A stretch of 64,000 nucleotides of DNA, from the NCBI RefSeq assembly GCF_001194135.2, contig NC_068987.1, positions 4,524,879 to 4,588,878 of the forward strand, written 5' to 3'. The notes beneath the pieces were generated by a model. It was not told where the DNA came from and made no database searches. It saw nothing but the letters and a program-made list of their open reading frames with translations. Every line of letters starts with the position of its first letter. Positions within the stretch are counted from its first letter, which is position 1. The DNA comes from Octopus bimaculoides. Its lineage: Eukaryota. Positions 1-11,765 of the stretch are shown one piece after another. Made by a program: the position numbers and the translations under genes.

Positions 1-66
1 TATGTATATGTATATGTATATATATGTATATGTATATGTATATATATGTATATGTATATGTATATA

Positions 67-101
<35 letters not shown>

Positions 102-146
102 ATATATGTATATGTATATGTATATATATATATGTATATGTATATG

Positions 147-205
<59 letters not shown>

Positions 206-256
206 GTATATGTATATGTATATATATATGTATATGTATATATATATGTATATATA
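1..256. repeat. (TATATG)n/(TA)n microsatellite
   Basis: Direct; explains the first three ORFs in the track. Confidence 0.97.
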
Positions 257-756
257 TGCTTGAGAAGACCTATTGTGTCAAGTAAAACCAATATCGTAGC
301 TTTGGCCAGTGCTCCCAGACTGGCTCCCATGCTGGTGGCACGTAAAAAGCACCAACTGATCATGATCGATGCCAGGCCCACCTGACCGGCTCCTGTGCTG
401 GTGGCACAGAAAAAACACTCACTACACTCTCGGAGTGTTTGACGTTAGGAAGAGCGTCCAGCTGTAGAAACTCTGCCAGATCAGATTGGAGCTTGGTGCA
501 ACCCATGCCAGCATGGAAAGTGAATGTTAAACGATGATGATGATGAAACTGTGGGTTGGAAGGTCAGTGTTTTATTCACATAGATATTTCACCTCTGCTG
601 AAGTATTCTTGAAGGAGGGAATGAAGGAAGGCAAAATGAAAGAAAAAGAAAAGGAAGGGAGGAAGAAGAAGAACCCTGGGAAAAGAATTGAAATAAATTT
701 AAGAAGGAAAAAGAATTCAATAAAGTGTTTTTAAAATTATATTCTAGAAAGTGTAA

Positions 757-788
<32 letters not shown>

Positions 789-2479
789 ATGAGAGAGGGG
801 GTAGGAAAAGAAGATAAAAAGAGAATAACTGGAAGAAAATAAGATAAAAAGAAAAATAAGTCAAAGAAAAGCAATAAAAAAGATAAAGAAGCGGAAAACA
901 ATGTTAAGGAGTGAGAGGAGGAGGAGGAGAAGAAGAAGAATGAAGAAGAAGAATGAAGAAGAAGAATGAAGAAGAAGAAGAAGAATGAAGAATGAAGATT
1001 TACGAGAGGAAGATAAGAATGATAGCAATTGTAGATCTAAGAAGAAAAAAAGAGGTTTAGGAATTTGTGTTGATTACCAAAGGTGAAAACTTGCCAAACT
1101 TTATCCATGGAAATCTTTAAGAAAAGAAGGAAAAAAAAAGCCATGGTTAACAATTTAGATGATGCTGAGGTTGTGAAGGAGTTTATAAAGCTTGTGAGGA
1201 CGTCAGTGAAATGTTGTTAAGAGTGATTTAGCCATAATGAACTCCATCATGATCATCCTCATCATCATTTAACATCCACTTTTCCGTGCCTGCATGGGTC
1301 GGACGAAATTTGTTGAGGCAGACCTTTCTACAGCTGGATGCCCTTTCTGTCACTAACCTTTACCTGTTTCTACGCAAGGTAACATTTCCCCCCGCTGTAG
1401 CCAGATGTGTTTTTCACAGAAGACTGGGTACAAACAACACCACTCATATGGTGGTGATGCTCATTTACGACCCACATGCTAAGTCAAGACAAAGGTGTAC
1501 ACACACACACACACACAATTGGCTTCCACATAGTTTCCATCGACTAAATTCACTTACAAGGCATTAATTAACCTGGAGCTATACAAGAAGATGCTTTCTC
1601 AAGGTGCTGCAAAGAAGGACTGAACTTGAAACCATGGGGTTTCAAAGTGAGCTTCTTAATCACACAGCCATGCCTGCACCTAGTAGGATACGATTTGAGG
1701 GAGATTTGGTTGCAATTTTTATCAAATTAAGGGACATGCTGGCATGGATTGGACAGTTTGGCTGAGGATTGATGAGCCAGAGGCTGCACCAAGCTCAATC
1801 TGATCTGGCAAAGTTTCTGCAGCTGGATGCCCTTCCTAATGCCAACCACTCCGAGAGTGTAGTGGGTGCTTTTTTATGTGCCACCAGCACGAAGGCCAGT
1901 CAGGTGGTTCTCGCAAAAACCATGATCAAAAGGTGTTTTTTACATGCTACCTGCACAGGAGCCAGTCCAGCGGCACTGGCTGCGACCACACTCAAATGTT
2001 GTTTCTCACGTGCCACCAGCACAAGTGCCGGTAAGGCAATGCTGGCAACGATCATGCTGAAATGGTGCTTTTTACGGGAGCCAATCCATGGCCCTGGCAA
2101 CGATCACGCTTGGATGTGCTTTTAACGTTCCACTGGCACGAGTGCCAATCAGGCGGCACTGTCATCAGCCACGTCAGCGATTTTGATTTGGATGATGATG
2201 ATGATGATGATGATGACGATGATAAGGGACCATGTAAGATTCCTTTGTTGGCTCATATTTCACCCAAACCCTTCTTTGTGCTTCCAGTTTTCCTCGATTT
2301 TTAATTACTTGAAATTTCCTTATCTCATATTTTCTTGGTAACTGATTCCAGTTTGTATCCTGTTTGAGAAAGTTAGTTACTTCAGAAGACCATTCCGTAT
2401 TTTCTGAGAATATTTTTGTCTTTTTCAAAAAAATTCCTGTGAATGTCTTCTCGTTAATGATTGCAATTCTTAAATTTCT

Positions 2480-2680
2480 TGGAATTAAAGTTGTTTTTGT
2501 TTTCTTGTTGTTGCTCTTTTTCTTTGTCATCTTCTTTGCTGTCTTCTTCATTGTCCTCTTCTGCCTCATCTTCTTCGTCTTCATCATCATCTTCTTCAAT
2601 GTTTCCTTCTTCATCTTCTTTATCTCCTTCTTCATCTTCTTCATCTTTGTCTTCTTCTTCATCGCCTTCTTCCTCTACCA
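2480..2680. repeat. (CTT/CAT)n cryptic trinucleotide repeat
   Basis: Direct; source of the acidic and Ser-rich spurious ORFs. Confidence 0.85.
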
Positions 2681-2959
2681 GTTTTATGTTCAAACCAGCT
2701 AGATCTGGCCTCTCACACTTACCCTACAATGTCATTCTAAACATAAACAGTCACATCATCAAAATCTCAAAGCTAAAAGATAATGCACGATTAATTCAAA
2801 ATACGGTTTGCTTTGCTTCAGAAGACACATGGCGCTAAGTAAAATCATGGTCACCCATACTTACGGTTTGTCCTTTATGGCCATGTGCCCCCCCACTCCC
2901 TCTTTCAGCCAAGAGATCCTTGTCTTGTGGGCTCATTCCATGTAAAAGCACCCATGCTG

Positions 2960-3140
2960 GTGCTACATGAAAGCACTTGTGCCATGTAAAAGGCACCCAT
3001 GCCAGTACCATGTAAAAGCACATGTGCTGGTGCCACATAAAAGCACCATGTAGGTTTCATGTAAGAGCACCCATGTTAGTGCCACACATGAAGCACCTGT
3101 GTTGGTGCCACATGTGAAGCACTGGTGCCACGAAAAAGGC
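2960..3140 (+). repeat. ~21-nt imperfect tandem array inside an RTE-tailed repeat
   Basis: About 8 units of (g/c)tggtgccacat(g/a)aaagcac(cca). Confidence 0.8.
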
Positions 3141-3907
3141 ACCCAGTACACACTGTAAAGTGGTTGATGTTAGGAAGGGCATCCAAGCATAGAAACGGTA
3201 CCAGGGCAGACAACTGGAGCCTGGTGCAGCCCTCCAGCCTTGCCAGTTCCCTGTCAAATCGTCCAACCCATGCCAGCAGGGTAAAACAGACTATGATGAA
3301 TGCTTATAAGATTTACAATTAACAGAATAAATTGAACGCAAAAGGGTTAAAGGCCCTCATCTTGACAATTTTGTTAGTCCATCGGTAGAGAAATGGTTTA
3401 TTGATGAGTCAATAGAGAAAACTACTTCATTGCTGCCCTATAACAACAACAAAGTCAGCTTTATTATAATTTAAGCAAACATACAGCAAGTGAATAAAAT
3501 GCCTGCTCTGCTATTTTCCACACTCCACAGCTTATTGCAGTGATGCAATGAACTGCAGTGGTTTGGAAGCCCTCCAATTAGTGTTGGTAAATTCGTTTAG
3601 TTTCGTGTTGGAAATTTATTACATTGGAACTTGAGTTAAAGTTTTATTTAACTCGAGTGAATTAGAGTTTAAGATTTCGATTGTTTAGCAAACTGGGCAA
3701 CTGGAATTTATTATATCCTGATTGGAATTTCTTCCTGTCAAATGTAATTTAGTCACATGTTCTGCTCTCTAAATTTGACATCCGCTATTCCATGCTTGCA
3801 TGATGCAAATGGAATTTGCTGAGGCAGATTTTATATATGTATATATATATGATAGGCTTCTTCCAGTTTCCATGTACCAAATTCACTCACCTGAAACTAT
3901 AGCAAAA

Positions 3908-4108
3908 AGGCGGCGAGCTGGCAGAAACGTTAGCACACCTGGCGAAATGAGTTCAAATTCCGCCAAGGTTAACTTTGCCGTTCATCCTTTCGGGGTCGAT
4001 AAATTAAGTACCAGTTATGCACTGGGGTTGATGTAATCGACTTAATCCCTCTGTCTGTCCTTGTTTGAATCCCTCTATGTTTAGCCCCTTGTGGGCAATA
4101 AAGAAACA
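3908..4108 (+). mobile_element. tRNA-type SINE (family A) with 16-bp TSD, nested in a family B SINE
   Basis: ggcgagctggcagaaacgttagc...gagttcaaattcc (A/B-box-like), core cctttcatcctttcggggtcgat, tail gggcaataaagaaa. TSD tgaaactatagcaaaa at 3892-3907 and 4109-4124. Confidence 0.9.
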
Positions 4109-4842
4109 TGAAACTATAGCAAAATGCCACAGGGTGGGATTGAACCTGAGATGACATGGTTAGGAAGCAAGCGTCTTAACCATACAACCAAGCCTGGCAT
4201 AAACGACTGATGAAGATTCTGTTACATTCCAAGACAAAAAAACTAGTTGAGATATATTATATGACACTAAAAATCATTTGAAATCATTTCTATTGTGTGC
4301 GCCTGTGTGTGTGGCCTTGTGTTGACATCATGTGATGGCTGTAAACAAGCATCACTGTTATACAAGTAAGGTTGTTCATTTCCAATTTTTCGTGAACATT
4401 TGTCTGTCATGGGAAAATGTTACCTTGCTTGGAAACTGTGAACGTTGGTGACAGGAAGGACATCTGGCTGTAGAAAATCTACCCCCAACAAATTCCACCT
4501 GACCCAGGCAAGCATGGAAAAGTGGAGGTTAAACTCATCAAGGTAGTGCCCCAGCATGGTCCTAGCATGGCCCCAGTCCAGTGACTGAAATAAGATAAGG
4601 TGTTTTCTTGCATGAGTTTAAATAAAAATTCTGAGTTCAAATCTAGTCTGGAACCCTGTACACATCCAGGAGCAAGTCATCTGATAACAATTAAAGACCA
4701 AGCTTATCAAAACTCGATCTTAATGTAATTAATTATTTTCTCTCTAAAAAGGAAATTAATTGTGAAAACAATTATAATTTTACAGAAGATAGAAGTTGTA
4801 ACGACATCGACCATTATCTGTTTTTAATTTTTATACTTGCAG

Positions 4843-5049
4843 TTGTCTGGAGTGGCCATCCTCGGGGTCGGAGTATGGATGGTTGTTGACCCCAACATCG
4901 TAAACCGGTTTGAGATAACGGTGGAAACGGAAGACCCGTACTTCAGGACATCATCCTACATCTTAATAGCGTTTGGTGTATTTGTTTTCCTCGTTGGGTT
5001 CTGTGGATGCTGTGGAGCAATCCGAAAGAGCAAGTGTCTTCTCGGATTT
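4843..5049 (+). CDS. Tetraspanin internal coding exon (end of TM1, small loop, TM2, GCCGA motif); 69 aa
   Basis: ttgcag|TTG ... TTT|gtaagt, phase 0/0. LSGVAILGVGVWMVVDP...YILIAFGVFVFLVGFCGCCGAIRKSKCLLGF contains the tetraspanin TM2 GFxGCCGAxxExxCLL-type signature. The preceding TM1/start exon was not found in 1-4842. Confidence 0.95.
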
Positions 5050-6088
5050 GTAAGTAATTGCCATCTTATCTTCTTTCTTTTCTTCTTATTTATATTAGTC
5101 TCTCTCTCTTCTTCGGCAGAGTTGTTCATTCTATTTAACCCTTTAATATAGTGGTACTTAACCCCTTTTTTTTTTTTTTTTTTCTAAGGACCCTTTTGAT
5201 CCCTATTTTACTCAGGTGGACACTCATAGTTATTTAATGTTTAAAATAATCCTATTATGTTTTTACTTTGAATGGAAATAGATGAAGGTTAGTGACAAGA
5301 AGAACTTCCAGCCATAGAGAATTCATTTCAGTAAATTCCATCTAACCCCTAAAAGCTTGAAAAAGTGAATGTTGAAACAATGACGTTGAAGTCACAAACC
5401 TGTCCTGAGTAGAGATGCCCAACTCCCCACTCATTAGATATAACAGAAGATGAATGCCAGCGTTAAAAATAATTCAGATTTTGTTAAGGACACTTTAGTA
5501 CTGTATTCACAAGTCATGAGTATGAGGGGGGGGGGGAGTTCTTGGTTTTGGGTAAAAGAAAAGAGAGGAGGAACAGTTGATTATGATTAAATAAGTACCA
5601 GTTACGCACTGGGGTCGATATAATTGACTTAATCCGTTTGTCTGTCCTTGTTTGTCCCCTCTATGTTTAGCCCCTTATGGGCAATAAAGAAATAAGAAAC
5701 ATTAGCACGTTGGGCGAAATGCTTAGCGGTATTTCATTTGCCACTACGTTCTGAGTTCAAATTCCTCTGAGGTCAACTTTGCCTTTCATCCTTTTAGCAT
5801 CGATAAATGAAGTATCAGTTGCATACTGGGGTCAATCCAATCAACTTCCCCCCCCCCCCGCTTCCCGAAAATTTTGAGTAGAAAAGAATATAGTATGTCA
5901 AAGCAACTGGAAACTGATAAGTATTTTGATGACGTAGAGCAAGTTCTGAAGCTGTGTGAAATAGTGCAGTGATGCACAAGTGGTGCACTGCATATAATTA
6001 ATCTTCATACTTCAATAAATGCAGCAAGCTGTCAATCAGTGTTAGCATGTCAGACAAAATGCTTCATGGGATTTCTTGCCACTCTTTA

Positions 6089-6318
6089 TATTTATTTCTT
6101 TATTGCCCACAAGGGGCTAAACATAGCGGGGACAAACAAGGACAGACAAAGGGATTAAGTCGATCAGATTGACCCCAGTGCATAACTGGTACTTAATTTA
6201 TCGACCCCAAAAGGATGAAAGGTAAAGTCAACCTTGGCAGAATTTGAACTCAGAATGTAACGGCAGATGAAATACCGCCAAGCATTTCGCCCGGTGTGAT
6301 TCTGCCAGCTCGCCACCT
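6089..6318 (-). mobile_element. Family A SINE, near full length
   Basis: Reverse complement of the 3908-4108 element, including the same tail. Further copies or fragments at about 5575-5850, 6340-6450, 17260-17470, 22195-22640, 24210-24360, 30270-30480, 33420-33530, 35220-35425, 42375-42550, 43150-43325, 47660-48340, 55430-55610. Confidence 0.9.
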
Positions 6319-6667
6319 TAATATATCGCCACCCTTACATATCACCGAGGTCAACTTTACCTTTCATCCTGTCAGAGGTCAATACCGTAAAGTACCAGTC
6401 ATGTACTGGGGCTGATATAATCGACTTGGTCCCCTCCCCTCAAAAACTTCTTCAGCCCTGCAACAGACGGATGTCCTTTCCAGGGGAAATTTGGTAATCT
6501 CAGTTAATACACAATGGAAATCAGGGGACCGCTCTTATGAGTCTTTGGACTCATGGAAAATAAAATAAAACTAAACCTAGAGTCCTGGGATCAAATCCTT
6601 TGCTCATTGAATAATCATTTCTCTAATTTTTGTGGTTTTTATATTTCTGTGTTCTTTTCTGTTGCAG

Positions 6668-6742
6668 TATTTCTTCTTCTTGCTGTGCATCATGGCCGGA
6701 GAACTGGCTGCAGGGATCTTGGCTGCCCTTTATAAGAAGGAG
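6668..6742 (+). CDS. Tetraspanin exon (TM3); 25 aa
   Basis: gttgcag|TAT ... GAG|gtttgt, 75 nt, phase 0/0. YFFFLLCIMAGELAAGILAALYKKE has the conserved polar Glu in TM3. Confidence 0.93.
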
Positions 6743-6759
6743 GTTTGTGCGCTCTTTAT

Positions 6760-7095
6760 ATTGCAACACTTTGTAAATGCGCACTGGGTTCACACATGGT
6801 TGCAAGCACATGAGTGTGTGTCTGCCTGTACAGACGTGCATGCAAATGTGTGTGTGCTTGCGCATGCGTGTGTGCATGCATATGTTCATGTGTGTGCATT
6901 CATGCATGCTTGCACATGTGTGTGTGCATGCATGTGTACATATGTGTGAGTGCATATTTGCATGCATGCGTGTGTGCATATGTGCATACATGTGAGTGTG
7001 TGTGTGTGTGCATGCATGCATACACGTGTGTATGTGTATATCTGAGCGTGTCTGGGTTAAGGGTGTGTGTGCGTGCATGCATGTGTGCTCTTGTA
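6760..7095. repeat. (TG)n/(TGCA) low-complexity tract
   Basis: Direct; begins just after the donor of tetraspanin exon 6668-6742. Confidence 0.9.
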
Positions 7096-8989
7096 ATTGT
7101 TGTTCAACTTTCAAGTCAGCTCTCATTAAACAGACCTACAATGAAAAAGCAATCCAGCCATGACCGTCCCATTTGGTGAGGGAAGGGAGGTCAGGGACTC
7201 ATGTTATTCATTGTGCAGCACTTTCTTCCCCACCAAAATGCTGCAATAGTAAGTTGAGGGATTTTTCACTGCTATTGCTAGCTGGACAAGTGATTACATC
7301 CAGGCTCCCTCATTTGCTTGCATGTCTTACGTTTTAGTTGCTGCTGAAATTGGGGTGCATTTCATATGCTCAAGGATCTTTTGTGCCATCAAATAGGTAA
7401 CGGCTCGGTATTTCATTGCTAATCGAACCAAACAGATTAAAAATTTGTCTACAGGAATGAGTGTCAGGGATCCCCGATCAGACTGAAACGAAGGGTGTGT
7501 CCCCCTCCCCCTTAGTTTCGTTACTTAATTCTTTTTTTCCTTTTCCTTCTTGCCCTTTCTTTTTATTTCGTTTAAATATTATTCTTTAATTGTAAATATT
7601 ATGGATTGAAATAATCAAACTAAAAATGAAACAATTAAGAAATTTGCATATGGGTGGCCTAACTTGGCTGATTTATTGACGCATCATTATTTTTTTAAAG
7701 TGTATTTTCTGTTATCAACAACGGTATATCTCGTATATAATTTTATAAATTAATCTCACCTGACGATGCTGACTCCACTTTCTTGTTTCAAGTTTTTAGG
7801 TTATGCAAATTCGTAGACGCACATGTTCAATATCTTACTATTTTTTCCAGTTTCAAATCACTTTTCTCAAAGAATATCAATCACTCTGATTGATATTTCA
7901 CGGAGTTAATCTTTTCTTTCGATTCGTTGTATTTGTCGATGCGTGTGTGAATAAGAAACAAAAACAGAAAACCGGGTTCTTGCGATGGGTCAAGGGAAAT
8001 AACTCATAAAAATAATTTAGAGTTATCTTTCTTGATTGAATCAACGGTTTCTACGATTAGTTCTGTATTAAGTACGACACGATCAAGCTTTATGAAGTTT
8101 GGAGCTCGGTTTGCTAGAAATGGCAGCTAAATCTCCCTTAATATACACTCTACTGTCTTAGAAGAAAGGACACGTTGGATAATGAAATTTTGTACCAGAA
8201 AAATATTAAAAAGTTTGGATAGTCAATGTTTTTGATCACAAACCTATTTTATTAGGAAAGATTTGACAGCTTCTACTGGTGTGATAGATAATATCCATGG
8301 TCTCATTTGCCCATGCTTGAGAATCCTGCTGGAAAGAATAATGATGATTGCTTCAGATAGGACACTAAGGAGGAAATGCCTGAAGTCTTTACCCTCACAA
8401 CCTTCCTATCTGGCAGAGATGCTGAATGGATGAATTATTAAACTAAAAGATGGAGATGAAGTGTTTCACTGATCTTTTCAATTCTTAATTAGACTTGTTT
8501 TTCTTGAGACTGTAATATTGCTCTCTTTAGAATTTGGTTCATATGTGTTGCCAAACATGTGACTCAATATGAATCATGTTGTTGGTTCCATGTAAAAGAC
8601 ACCCAGTGCACTCTGTAGAATGGTTGGCATTAGGAAGGGAAGCTGTAGAACCTTGTCAAAACAGATAAATGGAGCCTTGTGTGGCTTCTAGCCTTGCATC
8701 TCATGTCAAAGCGTCCAATCCATGCCAGTATGGGAAGCAGAAATTAAATGCTGATGCCACATGAAAAGTATCCAGCTCACATTGTAAAGTGGTTGGTGTC
8801 AGGAAGGGCATCCGGCCATTAGAAACCCTGCCAAAACAGACACAGATGTCTGGTGCCAGCCCCTGCCTGGCTGGCTCCTCTGAAACCATCCAACCCATGC
8901 CAGCATGGAAAGCGGACGTTAAACGATGATGATGATGATGGTGGTGGTGGTGATGATGATGTTATTGTCTGGTCTTTTTTTGTTTGCAG

Positions 8990-9097
8990 ATTCTTGGTGA
9001 AAACCTGGCAAGTAACCTGCAGAAGTTTGTCAAGACAAAATACGGCACCCCCACCCACCAAGTCACTTCAACAACTTGGGATATCATTCAGATGGAG
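8990..9097 (+). CDS. Tetraspanin exon (large extracellular loop helices A/B); 36 aa
   Basis: tttgcag|ATT ... GAG|gtgagg, 108 nt. ILGENLASNLQKFVKTKYGTPTHQVTSTTWDIIQME shows the typical Y...WDxIQ pattern before CCG. Confidence 0.93.
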
Positions 9098-9159
9098 GTG
9101 AGGCATTTTCCTACCAGTCTTTCCCCCCCCCNNNNNNNNNNNNNNNNNNNNNNNNNNCC

Positions 9160-9640
9160 CCCCCCCACACACACACACGCCCCCCCTTTTTTCTCCTTCT
9201 TTCCATCCCCCCCTCTCTCTTACTTTCTTACATAACTCTCACCTCTCTCTTTCTCTCACATACCCTTCCTTACCTCTCCCTCTCTCTCCTTTATTTCTCT
9301 CTTTCTCTCTTACCACTTTCTTTTTCTCTTTCTCTCTCACTTTCTCCCTTCCTCTCTTTCTTTTTTTTCTCTCTCTCTCTCTCTTTCCCGCCCTTTCTCC
9401 TTCCTCTTTCCTTCTCTCTTCTCTTTCCTTCTCTCTTCTCTTTCCTTCTCTCTACCCTTTATCTCTCTGTCTCTCTGTCTCCTTCACTCTCTCCCTTTTC
9501 TCTCTCCCTTCTCTCTCTCTTATCTCTCTCTTTTTTCTCTTTTTCTCTCACTTTCTCCCTTCCTCTCTTTCTTTCTCTCTTCTCTTTCCTGCTCTCTTCT
9601 CTTTCCTTCTCTCTCTCTCTCTCTCTCTCTCTCTTTATTA
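9160..9640. repeat. CT-rich polypyrimidine tract
   Basis: Direct; fills most of the intron between tetraspanin exons 9097 and 9724. Confidence 0.92.
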
Positions 9641-9723
9641 ATTTCTTTTTATTCCAGTCTAATTCATTGGCTAACAATCTTTTAATGGAGGATTAACGAT
9701 TTCTTTGTGCCTGCTATTTTCAG

Positions 9724-9798
9724 GGTAAGTGCTGTGGAGCCTTAGGGGCAAGGGACTACATCAACAGCACATGGTACGAAAGCTTCAACAGGACCATG
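9724..9798 (+). CDS. Tetraspanin exon with CCG motif; 25 aa
   Basis: ttttcag|GGT ... ATG|gtgagt, 75 nt. GKCCGALGARDYINSTWYESFNRTM has the CCG hallmark and two N-x-T/S sequons (NST, NRT). Confidence 0.93.
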
Positions 9799-10225
9799 GT
9801 GAGTGTGAGGAAAATCCTTCAGTCTTTTCATCTCCTCTTTCAGCATCGGTCTTTCTCACATTTGATGTTAGTCAACAAATGCAGGGGGTGAACCCAAGGA
9901 ATGGGGGCCTGAGGGGCACATGCCCATCTCAAGAAAAGAAGTGCTCCCTTCTAAATAATGTTATTATTCCCTTTTTGTCCTGGAATTGTACTCCATTCTG
10001 ACCTTGGGCCCCACTTCGAAAAATTCTAGAGACCCTGCCTGAAAGGGATCTGATTTTCCTTTTAGTCTCTTACTTGCTCTCTGTCATCGTTAATCAACAA
10101 CTGAAGAATAAATATATAGTGCATGTGTGTGTGTTTATTTGGCAAAAAAAAAAGCGAAATGACCATCCCAATATACAATATTTGTTTCAACAAATGATTT
10201 CACATCAGGAGTCTTGCAGCACAAA

Positions 10226-10300
<75 letters not shown>

Positions 10301-10305
10301 CAGAG

Positions 10306-10457
10306 TAAGCACATAAATGCGAAACAAGGTGGAAAAAATAGTACTCAAATACCGGAGGTAGAATAATATACTTTATTATTAAAGCTGCAAAGACTGTTAC
10401 TCAGAGTTTCACATTCCCATTCATCAGACAGTTTTGGTTCTGTCTGACGAATGGGAA
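10306..10457. mobile_element. Penelope-like element terminal fragment (inverted, hammerhead-bearing)
   Basis: 17/18-nt inverted repeat ttcccattcatcagacag / ctgtctgacgaatgggaa (10414-10457) holding head-to-head hammerhead halves. Minimal hammerheads with palindromic stem III are established hallmarks of PLE ends. Confidence 0.5.
10393..10432 (-). ncRNA. Minimal type I hammerhead ribozyme (Penelope-like element type)
   Basis: - strand: ACUGU CUGAUGA AUG-GGAA-UGU GAAAC UCUGA GUA^ACAGU. Full catalytic core, 5-bp stem I, 3-bp stem II with a GNRA loop, palindromic stem III (ACUC-U-GAGU), GUA cleavage triplet. Confidence 0.75.
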
Positions 10458-11090
10458 GTGGTGTCAAAAAGTTCCCGGACTAGTTCTGTAGCATGCCAAC
10501 AGATGCCAGCACACGGTTGCATGTGTAGTGAGAGCTAGCAGTGACCTTCATGAGGCAGTGTGCTGAGTGGCATCACTGTGTTTACTTCACAAGTTATGAA
10601 ATTTGTGTTTTTGTGGTCACATAGTTGCTGTAGTCTGTGATTTTTGTCAAGGACAGGAATTTGGCACAAAGAGCCAACATAAAATTTTGCGTTAAACTAG
10701 GGAAGTTTGCCACAGAGACATTGAGCATGCTTCAGCGAGCTTATGGCAATGAGGCAATGGGTCATATGCAATGTTTCAAGTGGCGATGGGTGCTTCAAAA
10801 GTAGAAACATTCCTGGAAGGCTATGAGCAATCTGGAAGACCTGCCAAAAGCATCACCCACCCCAGAAATGTGGAGAAAATCCATCAGCTTGTGTATGAGG
10901 ATCATTGTATGACAATCAACGACATTGCTGATGTTGTTGGTCTGTCATGTGGGTCCATGCAGGAAATCTTAATGTCTGAATTCTTCACAACAACGATGCG
11001 CCCTGACACATGGCAAGCTGGATCTCAGTCAGAAAATCAACACACAGCAGCCTCGTAGAAATTGCCACTTCCTTCATGACAAAGACTCCC
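10455..11090 (+). mobile_element. Mariner-family transposon remnant, frameshifted and internally deleted
   Basis: 5' TIR-like gaagtggtgtcaaaaagttcccggac. QRANIKFCVKLGKFATETLSMLQRAYGNEAM (HTH, from 10667), EQSGRP...NVEKIHQLVYED..MTINDIADVVGLSCGS, then jumps to LLHNNDAP*H (decayed HHDNAPxH). No 3' TIR seen. Confidence 0.85.
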
Positions 11091-11660
11091 CATATAAAAC
11101 TGATTTGAAGCACCCTCATAACAAGTACTGACAGGTTGAGTTTTTATAGCTTATAGCAAGTACTGTGGCCTCAACGAGAGGACCCATCATACCAAGTACT
11201 GGCAGTGTTAACTGGAGAAACCACTATACCAAGTGCTGGTGTCTACTAAAGCAAGGGACAGTGGACCAATGTTAAAAATCAACATCTAGTCATATTCCGC
11301 TCAGCATTTTTTTTATAATTCAAAACTATTTCAACTGATTTTTGTCTTTCATTCTGTCAGGGTTAATTTTTAACATAGGCACAAGACCACAAATTTTTAA
11401 ACAGTATCTATAAACAAATAATTATTATAATGAATTGGTTGGCAGGGTTAAGAAAAACAATACCAGTAATATACTGCAGATGATACAGTCAACTATACTT
11501 CTTTTCCTACAATAATTGACATTTTATTCAAGAAATAATGATAATTACATAACAGTGACAAAATGAAGTCAAATGTTAATTATAATGGTGATAATTTTAA
11601 TAATGATAATGAATATTATTTCTGGAATTAAAATAATAAAGTATGTCTTATTTTTATCAG

Positions 11661-11765
11661 AAACTGCCCAGGTCTTGCTGTAAGATGTCAAACAACAACC
11701 CTCTGGACCCGGAGTATGTTGAGGAGAATGAATGCATTAGCATGATCTCAGAATTCAACACTAAG
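11661..11765 (+). CDS. Tetraspanin exon with PxSCC motif; 35 aa
   Basis: tttatcag|AAA ... AAG|gtaggt, 105 nt. KLPRSCCKMSNNNPLDPEYVEENECISMISEFNTK. Confidence 0.93.

Noticed and set aside
2454-2693. Acidic ORF MNIKLVEEEGDEEEDKDEE..., superficially like an acidic troponin tail
   Set aside because: Cryptic (GAA/GAT)n repeat open in several frames, no acceptor, and beyond the whole tetraspanin gene.
2960-3140. Regular ~21-nt repeats that might suggest a CRISPR-like array
   Set aside because: Eukaryotic DNA, no unique spacers; an internal tandem array of the RTE-tailed repeat seen in other copies.
3908-3965. tRNA-like A/B boxes at SINE heads
   Set aside because: They continue into the SINE body and tail with TSDs and have no cloverleaf, so they are not tRNA genes.
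7445-8010. CTGACGA at about 7760 and a gaaac-aaggg/ccctt-gtttc hairpin at about 7495-7530
   Set aside because: Probably an old repeat, but no complete hammerhead topology could be folded.
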